Source of the DNA: an uncultured Candidatus Saccharibacteria bacterium
Lineage (GTDB): Bacteria; Patescibacteriota; Saccharimonadia; Saccharimonadales; JBBQAJ01
Direction: 5' to 3'
Length of the DNA stretch: 64,000 nucleotides
Assembly: GCA_964593805.1 (NCBI GenBank)
Contig: CAZQHP010000001.1
Span: 192,091 to 256,090 of the forward strand
Part shown: positions 40,559 through 48,694 of the stretch, piece by piece
Numbering within the stretch: position 1 is the first letter of the stretch
Layout of the letters: each line of letters starts with the position of its first letter
The notes under the pieces: model-generated
Databases searched by the model: none
Seen by the model: only the letters and a program-made list of their open reading frames with translations
What the model was told of the DNA's origin: nothing
Translations under genes and position numbers: made by a program

Positions 40559-40949
40559 CGAGTTCTCCTATAAGCGTCGTATATGTATATGTGCGGGCGA
40601 CCCCTTGCTCGTTATACGTTACAATCACCACCACCCGTTTAATCGCAGATGTCTGCGAAGAAATAACCAAACTCGCGCTGCGCGGGGCCACAAGCTCGCT
40701 TGGCAACTCGCTGGTAATGTCAGCGGTGCCGTCGCTGAGGCCGCTAAAACCAAGGCTGCGCAGAGCTTCAATCTTTGCCTCAACGTAAGAATTGGCCAAA
40801 ATAAGATCTCGGCTGCGTTGGCCTAAATAAGACTGTGAAATAACTATGGAATTTAAACCAGTCACCAAAATAGCTCCGACAAAAAGGGTAATCAACAGCT
40901 CAACAATGGTGAAACCGAGATCAGATTCGTTGCCCTCACGCTTGTACAT
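40542..40949 (-). CDS. type IV minor pilin (prepilin-type N-terminal domain)
   Basis: SDLGFTIVELLITLFVGAIL class III signal. 135 aa. Confidence 0.75.
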   Translation of the reverse strand: MYKREGNESDLGFTIVELLITLFVGAILVTGLNSIVISQSYLGQRSRDLILANSYVEAKIEALRSLGFSGLSDGTADITSELPSELVAPRSASLVISSQTSAIKRVVVIVTYNEQGVARTYTYTTLIGELGVGQY

Positions 40950-40981
40950 ACTTATGCTTTATTATAACGTCTACCGCGCTA

Positions 40982-42193
40982 TTAGTTGCCGATATTTTTA
41001 CTCAGGCTGGCAATCGGGCCCATCACACTGGCTGCAATCACGCCGACAATGCTGCCCAGAACTATAATCATGAGCGGTTCAATCAAGGCGCTCAGGCCAT
41101 CAATCATCGTTTCCACCTCTTCTTCATAAAAATCAGCCACTTTGACCAGAATTGTGTCAATCTGTCCGGTTTCCTCGCCAACCGCCAGCATCTGGCTGAC
41201 AATAGGCGGGAAATGCGGACTGGCGCTCAAAGGTTCACTCAGTTGTTTGCCGTTTTTCACGGCTTTGGCAGCTTCTTTCAGCTCGGCTTCAATGACCTTG
41301 TTTCCAATTGCCCCGCCAGTAACTTCCAGCGCATCAAGCACGCTTACACCGGCCGACATCAGCGACGCAAAAGTACGAGAAAAACGGGCAATGGCAATTT
41401 TGGTCACCAGGCCCTTTATAACCGGTATTCGCAAGAGCAGGCTGTGAAATTTAAATTTTCCTTTCGGAGTTTTGATATAACGCCTCACTAAGTAAACTGA
41501 ACCAAAAGTAATCCCAACCACCAGAACAACGTTGTGCTGCATAAAAGAGCTCATGTTCAGCATGGCTTGCGTATAAACCGGTAATTTAGCATCAGGGCCG
41601 CCAAGGTCAAGCAAAATTTTCCCAATCTTCGGAATTACTAAAATCATAATGCCAAAAAACGCGATCACAGTAATGCTCAAAATCACCATCGGGTACATCA
41701 TGGCGCTTTTGATTTTTTTGCGCATGCTGGCATCTTGCTCCACCTGGCTGGCAAGACGCTTCAAAATCTCATCCAAAATACCGCCCGCCTCGCCCGCCCT
41801 GACCATGTTTACGTATATATCCGAAAAAACGCTAGGGTATTTTTGCAAGGCGTCGCCTAAAGCCATACCGCTTTCGATATCTTTGGTAACGGCGCCGACA
41901 ACCCCTTTAAAGTATTTACTTTCGGATTGGCTTTGCATGGTAGACAATGCCCGCGTAAGCGGCACGCCAGCCGAAACCATAGTTGAAAGCTGACGCGTAA
42001 AAATAACCAGTTCCTTGAGTTTGACTTTTTTAGCACGTCCTTTTTTGACGCTCCCGCTACCCGCTAGCTTAACCACAATGGGGTGCAGATCCTGTTTGTT
42101 AAGCATTTCTACCAGGCTGCTGCGGTCGGTCGCATCGGCGGCTCCTTGAATGGTTTTGCCTTCTTTGTTGGTAGCGGTGTAGTTAAAACGCAT
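40982..42193 (-). CDS. pilC: type IV pilus platform protein PilC (GspF family)
   Basis: 403 aa. Two T2SS-F repeats and three TM segments. Confidence 0.9.
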   Translation of the reverse strand: MRFNYTATNKEGKTIQGAADATDRSSLVEMLNKQDLHPIVVKLAGSGSVKKGRAKKVKLKELVIFTRQLSTMVSAGVPLTRALSTMQSQSESKYFKGVVGAVTKDIESGMALGDALQKYPSVFSDIYVNMVRAGEAGGILDEILKRLASQVEQDASMRKKIKSAMMYPMVILSITVIAFFGIMILVIPKIGKILLDLGGPDAKLPVYTQAMLNMSSFMQHNVVLVVGITFGSVYLVRRYIKTPKGKFKFHSLLLRIPVIKGLVTKIAIARFSRTFASLMSAGVSVLDALEVTGGAIGNKVIEAELKEAAKAVKNGKQLSEPLSASPHFPPIVSQMLAVGEETGQIDTILVKVADFYEEEVETMIDGLSALIEPLMIIVLGSIVGVIAASVMGPIASLSKNIGN

Positions 42194-42195
42194 AG

Positions 42196-44010
42196 TTATT
42201 TCTCGCTCGTTACGCGGAGTATTTCTTCAATTGTGGTTTGTCCGCGCAACGCCTTGACAAGCCCGTCAACCTGCATGGTTATCATGCCGTCTTTTACTGA
42301 CTGGTCCTGAATCTCATCACTGGTGCTATTCATAACAATCAACTTTTGAACCGTTGGTGAGTTACTCAACACCTCATAAATTCCCACTCGCCCTTTATAG
42401 CCGCTGTGGCCGCAGGTCTCACAACCGTCTTCGTGGGCCTTGTAGAGCCTGGTTATCTTGGTGTCTGTGGTGGCTAGCTGTGAGGTATCAACTTGGCTCT
42501 TGCCGCTGCTTGCTTTGCCAATGCCGCCGTCCAAAGCTTGCTGCTCGAGCTGATGGACGTGCTTCATAACAGCCGCGTCGTCAGTGCCAAATATCTCAGC
42601 AATTTGTTTTAGAATTGGCGCGTCAGGTGTGATTTGTTCGCGGCAGTCCACGCATAAACGTCGTACAAGCCGCTGCCCCACGACCGCGCGAACCGTGCTG
42701 GCGATCAAAAACGGTTCAATGCCCATATCCAGCAAACGAGGCAAACAAGTAGCGGCATTGTTGGTGTGCAGCGTGGCAAAAACCAAGTGGCCGGTCAAGG
42801 CGGCTTGAACGGCAATATCCGCGGTTTCGCTGTCTCGTATCTCGCCAACCATTATGACATTGGGGTCTTGGCGCATTAAAGCCCGCAAACCAGTCGCGAA
42901 CGTCATGCCAGCCAATGGGTTCAGCTGAACCTGATTGGCTCCAGGTATACGATACTCCACCGGATCTTCAACAGTTGAAATGTTGATAGTTGGCTTGTTT
43001 AACAAACTGAGCGTGCTGAATAAACTGGTAGATTTGCCAGACCCAGTAGGGCCGGTCACTAGTATCATGCCGTGCGGCTGCCGGATTGCTTTATTTATGT
43101 TTTCCAAACTGATTCCCCAGTAACCGAGTTCCTCCAGAGTTGCGGCAGTGGATGATTCGTTCAAAATACGCATCACTACCTTTTCGCCTTCGGTAATCGG
43201 CAGGGTAGAAACACGCAAAGCATACATTTCGCCGCCCAGCTCTATTTTAAATCGGCCGTCTTGCGGAGCCCGGCGTTCATCTATTTTCAAATTAGACAAA
43301 ATTTTAATACGCGACACTAGCGCCCCATGGACTTTTTTTGGCAGTTTATTGGCTTCGCGCAGAATACCGTCTACTCTGTAGCGTACGCTCACGTAGTTTT
43401 CGCGCGGTTCAACGTGGATATCACTCGCGCCAGAGCGAATAGCGTACTCAATCAGCAAATTTACCGTCTGGGCAATTGGCGAGTCTTCCGCCAAATCGGC
43501 TTCATCTATTTCTTCGTCTTCTTCCTCTTCCTTGGCGTCCTCGGGCGAAATGACTTTGGTCAGTTCATTGCCAATCGTGCCGCGGTATTGGTCAAGCGCC
43601 GTCTGGATGTTCGAATTAGTGGCAACCGATACTTTTATCTTGTCGCCAAGCTGTTTTTGCAGAAAACTAATGGCCTGAATATCGTCTGGGTCGGCCATAG
43701 CCAACTGCTTGTTGCCGTCCTTTTCCACGCCAAAAAGTACCACGTTGTACTGCCGCGCGATTCGTTCTGGGATGAGACTCAGCACCTCGTGCTTTATTTC
43801 TTTGGGGTTGAGTTCAATAAAAGGCAGGTCAATTTCTTTGGCGTACAATTTTGTCAGATCTTTTTCGGTCGCAATACTGCCCTGGATAACTAAATCTTGC
43901 AGCGGTTTTTTTTCTGCCGTTTTTTGTTCGCGCAAACTCTTCAGCTGCTCGGCGGTTACTTTGCCGGCATCGGTTAAAAGTTTCTCTACCAGGGCGTCAG
44001 AAATACGCAT
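42196..44010 (-). CDS. pilB: type IV pilus assembly ATPase PilB (GspE family)
   Basis: Walker A GPTGSGKST, Asp/His boxes, tetracysteine motif CVDC...CETCGHSGYKGR. Confidence 0.95.
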   Translation of the reverse strand: MRISDALVEKLLTDAGKVTAEQLKSLREQKTAEKKPLQDLVIQGSIATEKDLTKLYAKEIDLPFIELNPKEIKHEVLSLIPERIARQYNVVLFGVEKDGNKQLAMADPDDIQAISFLQKQLGDKIKVSVATNSNIQTALDQYRGTIGNELTKVISPEDAKEEEEDEEIDEADLAEDSPIAQTVNLLIEYAIRSGASDIHVEPRENYVSVRYRVDGILREANKLPKKVHGALVSRIKILSNLKIDERRAPQDGRFKIELGGEMYALRVSTLPITEGEKVVMRILNESSTAATLEELGYWGISLENINKAIRQPHGMILVTGPTGSGKSTSLFSTLSLLNKPTINISTVEDPVEYRIPGANQVQLNPLAGMTFATGLRALMRQDPNVIMVGEIRDSETADIAVQAALTGHLVFATLHTNNAATCLPRLLDMGIEPFLIASTVRAVVGQRLVRRLCVDCREQITPDAPILKQIAEIFGTDDAAVMKHVHQLEQQALDGGIGKASSGKSQVDTSQLATTDTKITRLYKAHEDGCETCGHSGYKGRVGIYEVLSNSPTVQKLIVMNSTSDEIQDQSVKDGMITMQVDGLVKALRGQTTIEEILRVTSEK

Positions 44011-44083
44011 TGTTGCTTATTATAGTGTAACCACAAGCGTCACGCTAGGGCTTCCTTGCTTGGCGCATCCGCCAGATGGCCAA

Positions 44084-44109
44084 TTACGCTTAATTATGAT
44101 TAAGCGTAA
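44084..44109. promoter_or_regulatory. perfect 11-bp inverted repeat upstream of recA (candidate operator)
   Basis: ttacgcttaat-tatg-attaagcgtaa. Lies in the divergent pilB/recA intergenic region, immediately 5' of a TTGATA (N18) TTAAAT promoter-like pair and about 70 nt before the recA ATG. Confidence 0.35.
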
Positions 44110-44178
44110 GCAATTTTTGATATCAATCGTTTTGTTATACTTAAATCACACAAGAGACGGCTAAACAGGAGGGCGACC

Positions 44179-45207
44179 ATGGCGGCAGACAAAGACAAGA
44201 AGCAAGCAGACGCGGGCGAATCAAACGGCAAAGCCAAAGCTTTGGGTTTGGCGCTGGAGACTATTGAAAAACAGTTTGGCAAAGGCTCAATCATGAAACT
44301 GGGCGAACGCACGAATGCTGACGTGGAATGCATTTCCACCGGCAGCCTTAGCCTGGACATTGCCTTGGGCGGCGGCGTCCCAAAAGGCCGAGTGGTAGAA
44401 ATTTATGGTCCGGAAAGCTCTGGCAAAACCACGCTGACACTGCATATTATTGCCGAAATTCAGAAATCTGGTGGTACAGCGGCGTTTATTGACGCCGAAC
44501 ACGCCCTAGATCCTGGCTACGCCAAGCGGATTGGCGTGGACACGGGCAACTTGCTGCTTTCGCAGCCGGACAACGGCGAACAAGCACTGGAAATTGTGGA
44601 AACCCTGGTTCGCAGCAATGCCGTCGATCTAGTGGTAGTTGATTCCGTTGCTGCCTTGGTTCCACGCGCGGAAATTGAAGGCGACATGGGCGACAGCCAC
44701 ATGGGCTTGCAAGCTCGGCTAATGAGCCAGGCTCTACGCAAGCTCACGGGCATCATCAGCCGCAGCAACACCACGGTTATATTTATCAACCAGATTCGCA
44801 TGAAGATTGGCGTTATGTTTGGCAATCCGGAAACCACTACCGGCGGAAATGCATTGAAGTTTTACGCCTCTGTCCGCATGGACATCCGGCGCATTGCCCA
44901 GATAAAGCAGGGCGAGGAAATCATCGGCAACAGGACGCGGGTGAAAGTAGTGAAAAACAAAATTGCACCGCCTTTCCGCCAAGCCGAATTTGACATCATG
45001 TATAACCAAGGCATCAGCGCTAGCGGCGACATCCTAGACTTGGCCACAGAAAAGGGAATTGTGGAAAAATCCGGCGCCTGGTTTGCCTACAACGGTGAAA
45101 AAATCAGCCAAGGCCGCGAAGCCGCCAAAACCTATCTGGAAGAGAACCCCAAAGTTCTAGCCGAAATTGCCAAAAAGGTAAAAGAAGCCGCCGCCAAAGA
45201 GGCTTGA
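44179..45207 (+). CDS. recA: recombinase RecA
   Basis: GPESSGKTT Walker [10 protein letters not shown] and the L1/L2 loop regions. RBS caggaggg. Confidence 0.97.
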   Translation: MAADKDKKQADAGESNGKAKALGLALETIEKQFGKGSIMKLGERTNADVECISTGSLSLDIALGGGVPKGRVVEIYGPESSGKTTLTLHIIAEIQKSGGTAAFIDAEHALDPGYAKRIGVDTGNLLLSQPDNGEQALEIVETLVRSNAVDLVVVDSVAALVPRAEIEGDMGDSHMGLQARLMSQALRKLTGIISRSNTTVIFINQIRMKIGVMFGNPETTTGGNALKFYASVRMDIRRIAQIKQGEEIIGNRTRVKVVKNKIAPPFRQAEFDIMYNQGISASGDILDLATEKGIVEKSGAWFAYNGEKISQGREAAKTYLEENPKVLAEIAKKVKEAAAKEA

Positions 45208-45210
45208 AAT

Positions 45211-45585
45211 ATGAAAACTGCTTTTGAAATATGGGATGACCCCACGGGCAAAGTGAGGTTTTGCTTCTCTCATTCAGACAAAGACTTTACCACGGGCGTT
45301 ATGATTATTCAGCCGGGAGCTGAATTACCAAAACACAATCGGCCGCTTGCCTATGAAAATCTTTTACAACTCTCTGGTAAGTGCAAAATGAGTCTTCTGA
45401 CGGAGGACGGAGAGCCAGAACGAGAGGTTGTTTTAGGGCCTTCAGACACTTTGCGCATGAATAAGAGCCAATGGCACGTTCACGCCAATCCGTTTAGTGA
45501 ACCATCCCTGACGTTTTTTAAGGCGGAGGGCGACATTACGGAAATTGTAAAAACCCTGCGCGAAACTTTTACTAAAGTCGGCTAA
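45211..45585 (+). CDS. cupin-domain protein
   Basis: 124 aa. The pattern GVMIIQPGAELPKHNRP...WHVHANP is consistent with a small cupin barrel. Wedged between recA (3-nt gap) and recX (adjacent). Confidence 0.55.
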   Translation: MKTAFEIWDDPTGKVRFCFSHSDKDFTTGVMIIQPGAELPKHNRPLAYENLLQLSGKCKMSLLTEDGEPEREVVLGPSDTLRMNKSQWHVHANPFSEPSLTFFKAEGDITEIVKTLRETFTKVG

Positions 45586-46191
45586 ATGAAAATTACGGAT
45601 ATTAAGCAACAGGTTAAACGGGTCGATAGGTATTCGATTTATGTGGATGGCAAGTATTCGTTTCCGCTGGGCGAAACCGAGCTGCTGAACGCCAGATTGC
45701 GGATTGGACAGGAATTTACAGAGGCAGAGCTGGATGAGTTGAAAGACAGAGCAGTTATAGACAAAGGTTGTGACAGAGCGCTGAATCTCATCATGCGCCG
45801 CCCTAGATCCGCGTGGGAGCTGCGGGATTATTTGAAGCGGAAAGAATACACCCCAGAGGCCACAGAACAAATACTTAACATGTTAAGTAAAAAGGGATAT
45901 GTAAATGACGCGGACTTTGCACGCCGCTGGGTAGAAAGCCGCCGGTTGCTCAAAGCCACCAGCAAACGCCGTCTTGTCCAGGAATTACGCCAGAAGCGCG
46001 TGGCAGATGAAATTATCCAGTCGGTTTTAGAATCCGACGAAACAGACGAACAAGACGTTTTACGTGAACTCATAGAACGCAAACGCAAACAAACCAAGTA
46101 TCAAGATGACTTAAAACTCATGCAGTACCTTGTGCGCCAAGGCTATAACTACGGTGATATTAAAGCAGTACTCAACGAAGATTTGAGCTAG
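45586..46191 (+). CDS. recX: recombination regulator RecX
   Basis: 201 aa. Three-helix repeat pattern with RSAWELRDYLKRK... and DDLKLMQYLVRQGYNYGDI. Confidence 0.85.
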   Translation: MKITDIKQQVKRVDRYSIYVDGKYSFPLGETELLNARLRIGQEFTEAELDELKDRAVIDKGCDRALNLIMRRPRSAWELRDYLKRKEYTPEATEQILNMLSKKGYVNDADFARRWVESRRLLKATSKRRLVQELRQKRVADEIIQSVLESDETDEQDVLRELIERKRKQTKYQDDLKLMQYLVRQGYNYGDIKAVLNEDLS

Positions 46192-46309
46192 GGTAGAGCA
46201 GCCCACGCTCGGATTCATTCCGAGCTTGGCGCTATAGGGGTTCCCATGAAACCAGTTTCATGGGGTAAGGTGAGAGGGGATGTTCCCCGAGCGTTCGGCG
46301 AAGCCGCTA
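46192..46309. repeat. multi-hairpin intergenic element, copy B (expanded variant)
   Basis: gtagagcagccc...gagaggggatgttcccc...cgaagccgcta shares its head, middle and tail blocks with copy A. Contains extra hairpins gctcgga-ttcat-tccgagc and cccatgaaac-cag-tttcatggg. Ends on the stop codon of the minus-strand gene at 46307. Confidence 0.6.
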
Positions 46310-46837
46310 GGCGGCTGGTGATACGGCGCCAGCCGGTACGGCGTTTTTAACTTCTTTGAGTGGCTCTTGAACAACTATTTTGCGGTCGGTAATCTCTACA
46401 ATCTGGCTGCGGTCAATGCTCAGGTTGCCACCAGTCAAGCTTTTTAAAATACTTTGGCCCACGTAAATTTTCTGCACGTACATTGCAGCGTCATCTACCG
46501 CGTAATCATTTACTTTGCCCAGCCGCTGTTTGTTGACAGTTACCACAGGCTTGCCAATCAGCGTGAATTGGAGCTTCAACACTTTTTCCAACCGTATCAG
46601 TTCCTCGGGATCAACCAAAACTTCGTGGTCGTTTACCACAAATCCACGCTCCACGCGGTCGCGAATGTCCTGCGTCAGCAGAATCAACTGTTTTTTTTCA
46701 AATCGGTCGTCGCAGTAAAATCCCTCAACCTTTAGATTGTTGGGATTAATGATTGGTTCGGTGGCAGTAGCCACCTGCCCGCCAGTCCGCAGAGACAGAA
46801 CTGATTGGTTTAAAAGTGTTGAACTAAGTTGCAGCAT
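46307..46837 (-). CDS. PRC-barrel domain protein (two repeats)
   Basis: 176 aa. Two repeats of the PRC-barrel-like pattern (SVLSLRTGGQVATATEPIINPNNLKVEGFY and LIGKPVVTVNKQRLGKVNDYAVDDAAMYVQKIYV). Confidence 0.55.
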   Translation of the reverse strand: MLQLSSTLLNQSVLSLRTGGQVATATEPIINPNNLKVEGFYCDDRFEKKQLILLTQDIRDRVERGFVVNDHEVLVDPEELIRLEKVLKLQFTLIGKPVVTVNKQRLGKVNDYAVDDAAMYVQKIYVGQSILKSLTGGNLSIDRSQIVEITDRKIVVQEPLKEVKNAVPAGAVSPAA

Positions 46838-46867
46838 ACTTTAATAAGTATAGCGTAGCATTGCTGT

Positions 46868-46875
46868 GTATAAAT
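46868..46875. repeat. target-site duplication, left copy (GTATAAAT)
   Basis: The identical octamer is repeated directly at 52254..52261, immediately outside both inverted repeats. Confidence 0.85.
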
Positions 46876-46899
46876 GACGAGTATGTAGCCAAGACAACC
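46876..46899. repeat. left terminal inverted repeat
   Basis: GACGAGTATGTAGCCAAGACAACC. The reverse complement of 52230..52253 reads GAGGAGTATGTAGCCAAGACAACC. Confidence 0.9.
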
Positions 46900-47024
46900 A
46901 AACTAAATCATGTGACATTCAGTGACTAATATGATTTTGTCATTGATTTGATAATAGTATAGTTTATATTTTTGTAACCATAAGCATAATAAAAAGCTGT
47001 TCCTGTCAATGGCGTAGATGTATA

Positions 47025-48122
47025 ATGTTTCATATGGACACCGGAAAGCTTCTAAAAGTCATCGAGGACATCCTAACCGAAGAAACGTCGGCGAAGATAC
47101 AGTCATTACTTCAAAACATTGTTAGCTACTATGACGCAAGCGACCCTGCCTCACTGAACACGACAAAAGAGCAGATTTACGTAGCCGTAACTAACTCAAG
47201 AATTAGTGAGTATGCCTTGAGCGATTTTCAGGTTCTAGTGCGCCTGAACGTTGAAAGACTATTTGGACCTGGGCTATACCAGCACCTAGATGACGTTCTT
47301 AGTGCTCAGGCTCATGAGGTGAAAGTAAAACTACAGCAATTAGTTACTGAACGTGAGACTGCACTTGCGTCATTGACAGAAGTAAATGTGGCCTTAAGTA
47401 AGTTTGAATTTGAGTCTAGGGCTTTAGATGACAGCCATTATGAAATAGGCTTCGTGCTACCAGCAAGTTACTCGGATCTTGCTAAGACAGAAAAGGCTAT
47501 CAAAGATTTGGGGCAGCTACTTAACGCATTATCAGACGCTGTGGACGTGCAACAGCCATTAAAAATCAAATATGTCAGTAACGGTTCAATAGAAATTTTT
47601 CTAGATGTAGCAGTAGAGCTTGCTCAGAACTTTGATGTTGTTATTGACTATGCACTTAAGGTGTATGGTTCAATAGAAATGTTTAAGGGCATAAAGAGGC
47701 AGTATAAAAAATACTCTATAGCACGCAGAAAGAAAGCTGAAAAACTGGCAGATGACGAAAAGAAAGAGCAAGTTGAGAAACTAGTTGATGAGCTAATCCA
47801 GGCTCTAGGCATAAAAGAAGAGGCTGATAAAACTGCTGTTAGGATATTGTTTAAACAATTCCTAAAGCATATTGAAGCCGGTGTTGGTGCTGAGGTTCAT
47901 ACTCCAAAAACAGAAGAACCTGAAGAGCCTGCATCTGAAGCAAAACCTGCCGAGAAGAAGGCTTATAAAGAAAGTCTAAAGGCATACGAGAAGAAAAAAG
48001 AGATTGACTCAAGAAATCGTGCAATATTTATCTTACAGCAAAATAACTTCTACGGAATGGACACCAAGTTTCTGGATGACGGTGTTAGTGAGACAGAAAA
48101 CGAAGAGGACGGTCAGAACTAG
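47025..48122 (+). CDS. hypothetical protein, helical with Lys/Glu-rich C-terminal third (passenger gene)
   Basis: 365-aa ORF (the start may be MDTGKLL at 47034). No recognisable catalytic motif. Its stop overlaps the stop of the convergent P-loop gene by 4 nt. Confidence 0.6.
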   Translation: MFHMDTGKLLKVIEDILTEETSAKIQSLLQNIVSYYDASDPASLNTTKEQIYVAVTNSRISEYALSDFQVLVRLNVERLFGPGLYQHLDDVLSAQAHEVKVKLQQLVTERETALASLTEVNVALSKFEFESRALDDSHYEIGFVLPASYSDLAKTEKAIKDLGQLLNALSDAVDVQQPLKIKYVSNGSIEIFLDVAVELAQNFDVVIDYALKVYGSIEMFKGIKRQYKKYSIARRKKAEKLADDEKKEQVEKLVDELIQALGIKEEADKTAVRILFKQFLKHIEAGVGAEVHTPKTEEPEEPASEAKPAEKKAYKESLKAYEKKKEIDSRNRAIFILQQNNFYGMDTKFLDDGVSETENEEDGQN

Positions 48123-48694
48123 CTCATAACGAGACCATGGTCTCGTAGTGCCAATTCAACCAGCGATACTCTGTCAGCAATACTCACTGGTGGCAGAGCA
48201 ACAACTTCAAGTCCGGATTCTCTATATGCTTCTTCAATGGCAGCGTGCGTGAACAACGCTTCTTCCGCAGTCTCACGTCTTACTTCTGTTGCCATATACT
48301 GTTCAAGTGGTTGGCAGATAAGTGCAAAGCTATAGCGTGCAAACCATATCTTACGCTCAACATCAGGTATCAAGTCCTCAAAGCCGTTGATCCGTCCATA
48401 GGCAATGTTATCAACTAGGCTACGGTCTAGAAAAGTTACACCAGCTTCATAAGGAATTACGTCTTCAAGAGCCTCTGACTCAACAATGGCTAACGGTGCA
48501 AAGTTAGGGTAGTCAAGCCAAGGCACTTTCGGTTCGTAATCTTCGTGCCTTGCTGCAAAATCTAGCTCACGGTCTATTACTCGTGTAGCTGGCTCATCAA
48601 CAAAGTAGGCGTCGGGAAAACGCTCGTGCAAGGCTTCAACAAGTGTGGTTTTGCCAGTACAAGGTCCGCCAGAAATAGGTATTTTGTGTATCAT
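48119..48694 (-). CDS. AAA_28 / NadR-like P-loop ATPase or small-molecule kinase (passenger gene)
   Basis: 191 aa. Walker A SGGPCTGKTTL at residues 8-18 and a later hydrophobic-Asp strand (VTFLDRS). Start overlaps the stop of the upstream PurB::HAD gene (ATGA). Confidence 0.65.
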   Translation of the reverse strand: MIHKIPISGGPCTGKTTLVEALHERFPDAYFVDEPATRVIDRELDFAARHEDYEPKVPWLDYPNFAPLAIVESEALEDVIPYEAGVTFLDRSLVDNIAYGRINGFEDLIPDVERKIWFARYSFALICQPLEQYMATEVRRETAEEALFTHAAIEEAYRESGLEVVALPPVSIADRVSLVELALRDHGLVMS

